A stretch of DNA of 64,000 nucleotides. Origin: Eledone cirrhosa. Taxonomy: Eukaryota. Positions 61,601-64,000 of the stretch are shown here, one piece after another; the first letter of the stretch is position 1, and each line of letters opens with the position of its first letter. The notes under the pieces were generated by a model, which saw nothing but the letters and a program-made list of their open reading frames with translations, made no database searches and was not told the DNA's origin. The DNA lies in the NCBI GenBank assembly GCA_964016885.1, contig OZ024752.1, positions 8,246,001 to 8,310,000 on the forward strand. Direction: 5' to 3'. Both the position numbers and the translations under genes were made by a program.

Positions 61601-64000
61601 TTAAGGTGTTGGGCTAAATGTGGCAGGAAACTAGGAGAGATGGTAAAGTGTTGGGCTAAATGTGGCAGGCAACTGGGAGAGATGGTAAAGTGTTGGGCTG
61701 AATGTGGCAGGAAACTGGGAGAGATGGTAAAGTGTTGGGCTGAATGTGGCAGGAAACTAGGAGAGATGGTCAAGTGTTGGGCTAAATGTGGCAGGAAACT
61801 GGGAGAAATGTTAAGGTGTTGGGCTAAATGTGGCAGGAAACTGGGAGAGATGTTAAGGTGTTGGGCTAAATGTGGCAGGAAACTGGGAGAAATGTTAAGG
61901 TGTTGGGTTAAATGTGGCAGGAAACTAGGAGAGATGGTCAAGTGCTGGGCTAAATGCGGCAGGAAACTGGGAGAAATGTTAAGGTGTTGGGCTAAATGTG
62001 GCAGGAAACTGGGAGAAATGTTAAGGTGTTGGGTTAAATGTGGCAGGAAACTGGGAGAGATGTTAAGGTGTTGGGCTAAATGTCCCTGGAAACTAGGAGA
62101 GATGTTAAGGTGTTGGGCTAAATGTGGCAGGAAACTGGGAGAAATTTTAAGGTGTTGGGCTAAATGTGGCAGGAAACTGGGAGAGATGTTAAGGTGTTGG
62201 GCTAAATGTGGCAGGAAATTGAGAGAAATGTTAAGGTGTTGGGTTAAATGTGGCAGGAAACTGGGAGAGATGTTAAGGTGTTGGGCTAAATGTGGCAGAA
62301 AATGGGAGATATGGTAGAGTGTTCAGCTAAATGTGGCAGGAAACTGGGAGAAATGTTAAGGTGTTGGGCTAAATATGGCATGAAACTGGGCGAGATGGTA
62401 AGGTGTTGGGCTAAATGTGGCAGGAAACTGGGAAAGATGGTAAAGTATTGGGCTAAATGTGGCAGGAAACTGGGAGAGATGGTAAAGTGTTGGGCTAAAT
62501 GTCGCAGGAAACTGTGAGAAATTTTAAGGTGTTGGGCTAAATGTGGCAGGAAACTGGGAGAGATGTTAAGGTGTTGGGCTAAATGTGGCAGGAAACTGGG
62601 AGAAATTTTAAGGTGTTGGGCTAAATGTGGCAGGAAACTGGGAGAGATGTTAAGGTGTTGGGTAAAATGTGGCAGGAAACTGGGAGAAATGTTAAGGTGT
62701 TGGGCTAAATGTGGCAGGAAACTGGGAGAAAATTTAAGGTGTTGGGTTAAATGTGGCAGAAAATGGGAGAGATGGTAAAGTGTTGGGCTAAATGTGGCAG
62801 GAAACTGGGAGAAATGTTAAGGTGTTGGGCTAAATGTGGCAGGAAACTGGGAGAAATGTTAAGGTGTTGGGCTAAATGTGGCAGGAAACCAGGAGAGATG
62901 TTAAGGTGTTGGGCTAAATGTGGCAGGAAACTGGGAGAAATGTTAAGGTGTTGGGCTAAATGTGGCAGGAAACTGGGAGAAATGTTAAGGTGTTGGGTTA
63001 AATGTGGCAGAAACTGGGAGAGATGGTAAAGTGTTGGGCTAAATGTGGCAGGAAAATGGGAGAAATGTTAAGGTGTTCGGCTAAATGTGGCAGGAAACTG
63101 GGAGAAATGTTAAGGTGTCGGGCTAAATGTGGCAGGAAACTGGGAGAAATGTTAAGGTGTTGAGTTAAATGTGGCAGAAAATGGGAGAAATGGTAAAGTG
63201 TTGGGCTAAATGTGGCAGGAAACTAGGAGAAATGTTAAGGTGTTGGGCTAAATGTGGCAGGAAACTAGGAGAGACTTTAAGGTGTTGGGCTAAATGTGGC
63301 AGGAAACTGGGAGAAATGTTAAGGTGCTGGGCTAAATGTGGCAGGAAACTGGGAGAGATGTTAAGGTGTTGGGCTAAATGTGGCAGGAAACTGGGAGAAA
63401 TTTTAAGGTGTTGGGCTAAATGTGGCAGGAAACTGGGAGAGATGTTAAGGTGTTGAGCTAAATGTGGCAGAAAATGGGAGAGATGGTAAAGTGTTGGGCT
63501 AAATGTGGCAGGCAACTCGGAGAGATGGTAAAGTGTTGGGCTGAATGTGGCAGGAAACTGGGAGAGATGTTAAGGTGTTGGGCTAAATGTGGCAGAAACT
63601 GGGAGAGATGTTAAGGTGTTGGGCTAAATGTGGCAGGAAACTGGGCGAGATGGTAAGGAGTTGGGCTAAATATGGCAGGAAACTGGGAAAGATGGTAAAG
63701 TGTTGGGCTAAATGTGGCAGGAAACTTGGAGAGATGTTAAGGTGTTGAGCTAAATGTGGCCGAAAATGGGCGAGATGGTAAAGTGTTGGGCTAAATGTGG
63801 CAGGCAACTGGGAGAGATGGTAAAGTGTTGGGCTGAATGTGGCAGGAAACTGGGAGAGATGTTAAGGTATTGGGCTAAATGTGGCAGAAACTGGGAGAGA
63901 TGTTAAGGTGTTGGGCTAAATGTGGCAGGAAACTGGGAGAAATGTTAAGGTGCTGGGCTAAATGTGGCAGGAAACTGGGAGAGATGTTAAGGTGTTGGGC
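55642..64000. repeat. 42-bp satellite array (about 200 copies, runs off the window end)
   Basis: Unit CTGGGAGAGATGTTAAGGTGTTGGGCTAAATGTGGCAGGAAA. Confidence 0.98.

Noticed and set aside
55651-63807. Cys/Trp-rich LRCWAKCGRKLGEM ORFs
   Set aside because: 42-bp satellite with many frameshifts and stops.

Overview
Eukaryotic, AT-rich, repeat-dominated non-coding DNA. The SINE families, (TA)n/(CAT)n density and RTE-type tails suggest an octopus or other cephalopod (inference). No host gene can be called with confidence. Nearly all long ORFs in the track are read-throughs of tandem repeats. The real coding content is a near-intact RTE-clade LINE (about 6300-10520). It has an endonuclease and RT, one 1-bp frameshift, and a C4HC3 PHD-like finger inserted inside the RT. 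There are also decayed RTE, Rex3/Expander-like, mariner and possibly CRE-like fragments, tRNA-derived SINEs, and mariner, hAT and piggyBac-type MITEs with TIRs and TSDs. About half of the window is mini/satellite arrays (27, 31, 37, 42, 48, 60, 69 and 70 bp units), and many of them visibly expanded from inside a transposon. Most notable is a set of short, mutually dissimilar segments embedded in (TA)n microsatellites that carry type-I hammerhead ribozyme folds on the minus strand. Two have an intact catalytic core and identical stem I but completely different, still-paired stem II. This suggests a retrozyme or Penelope-like non-autonomous family.
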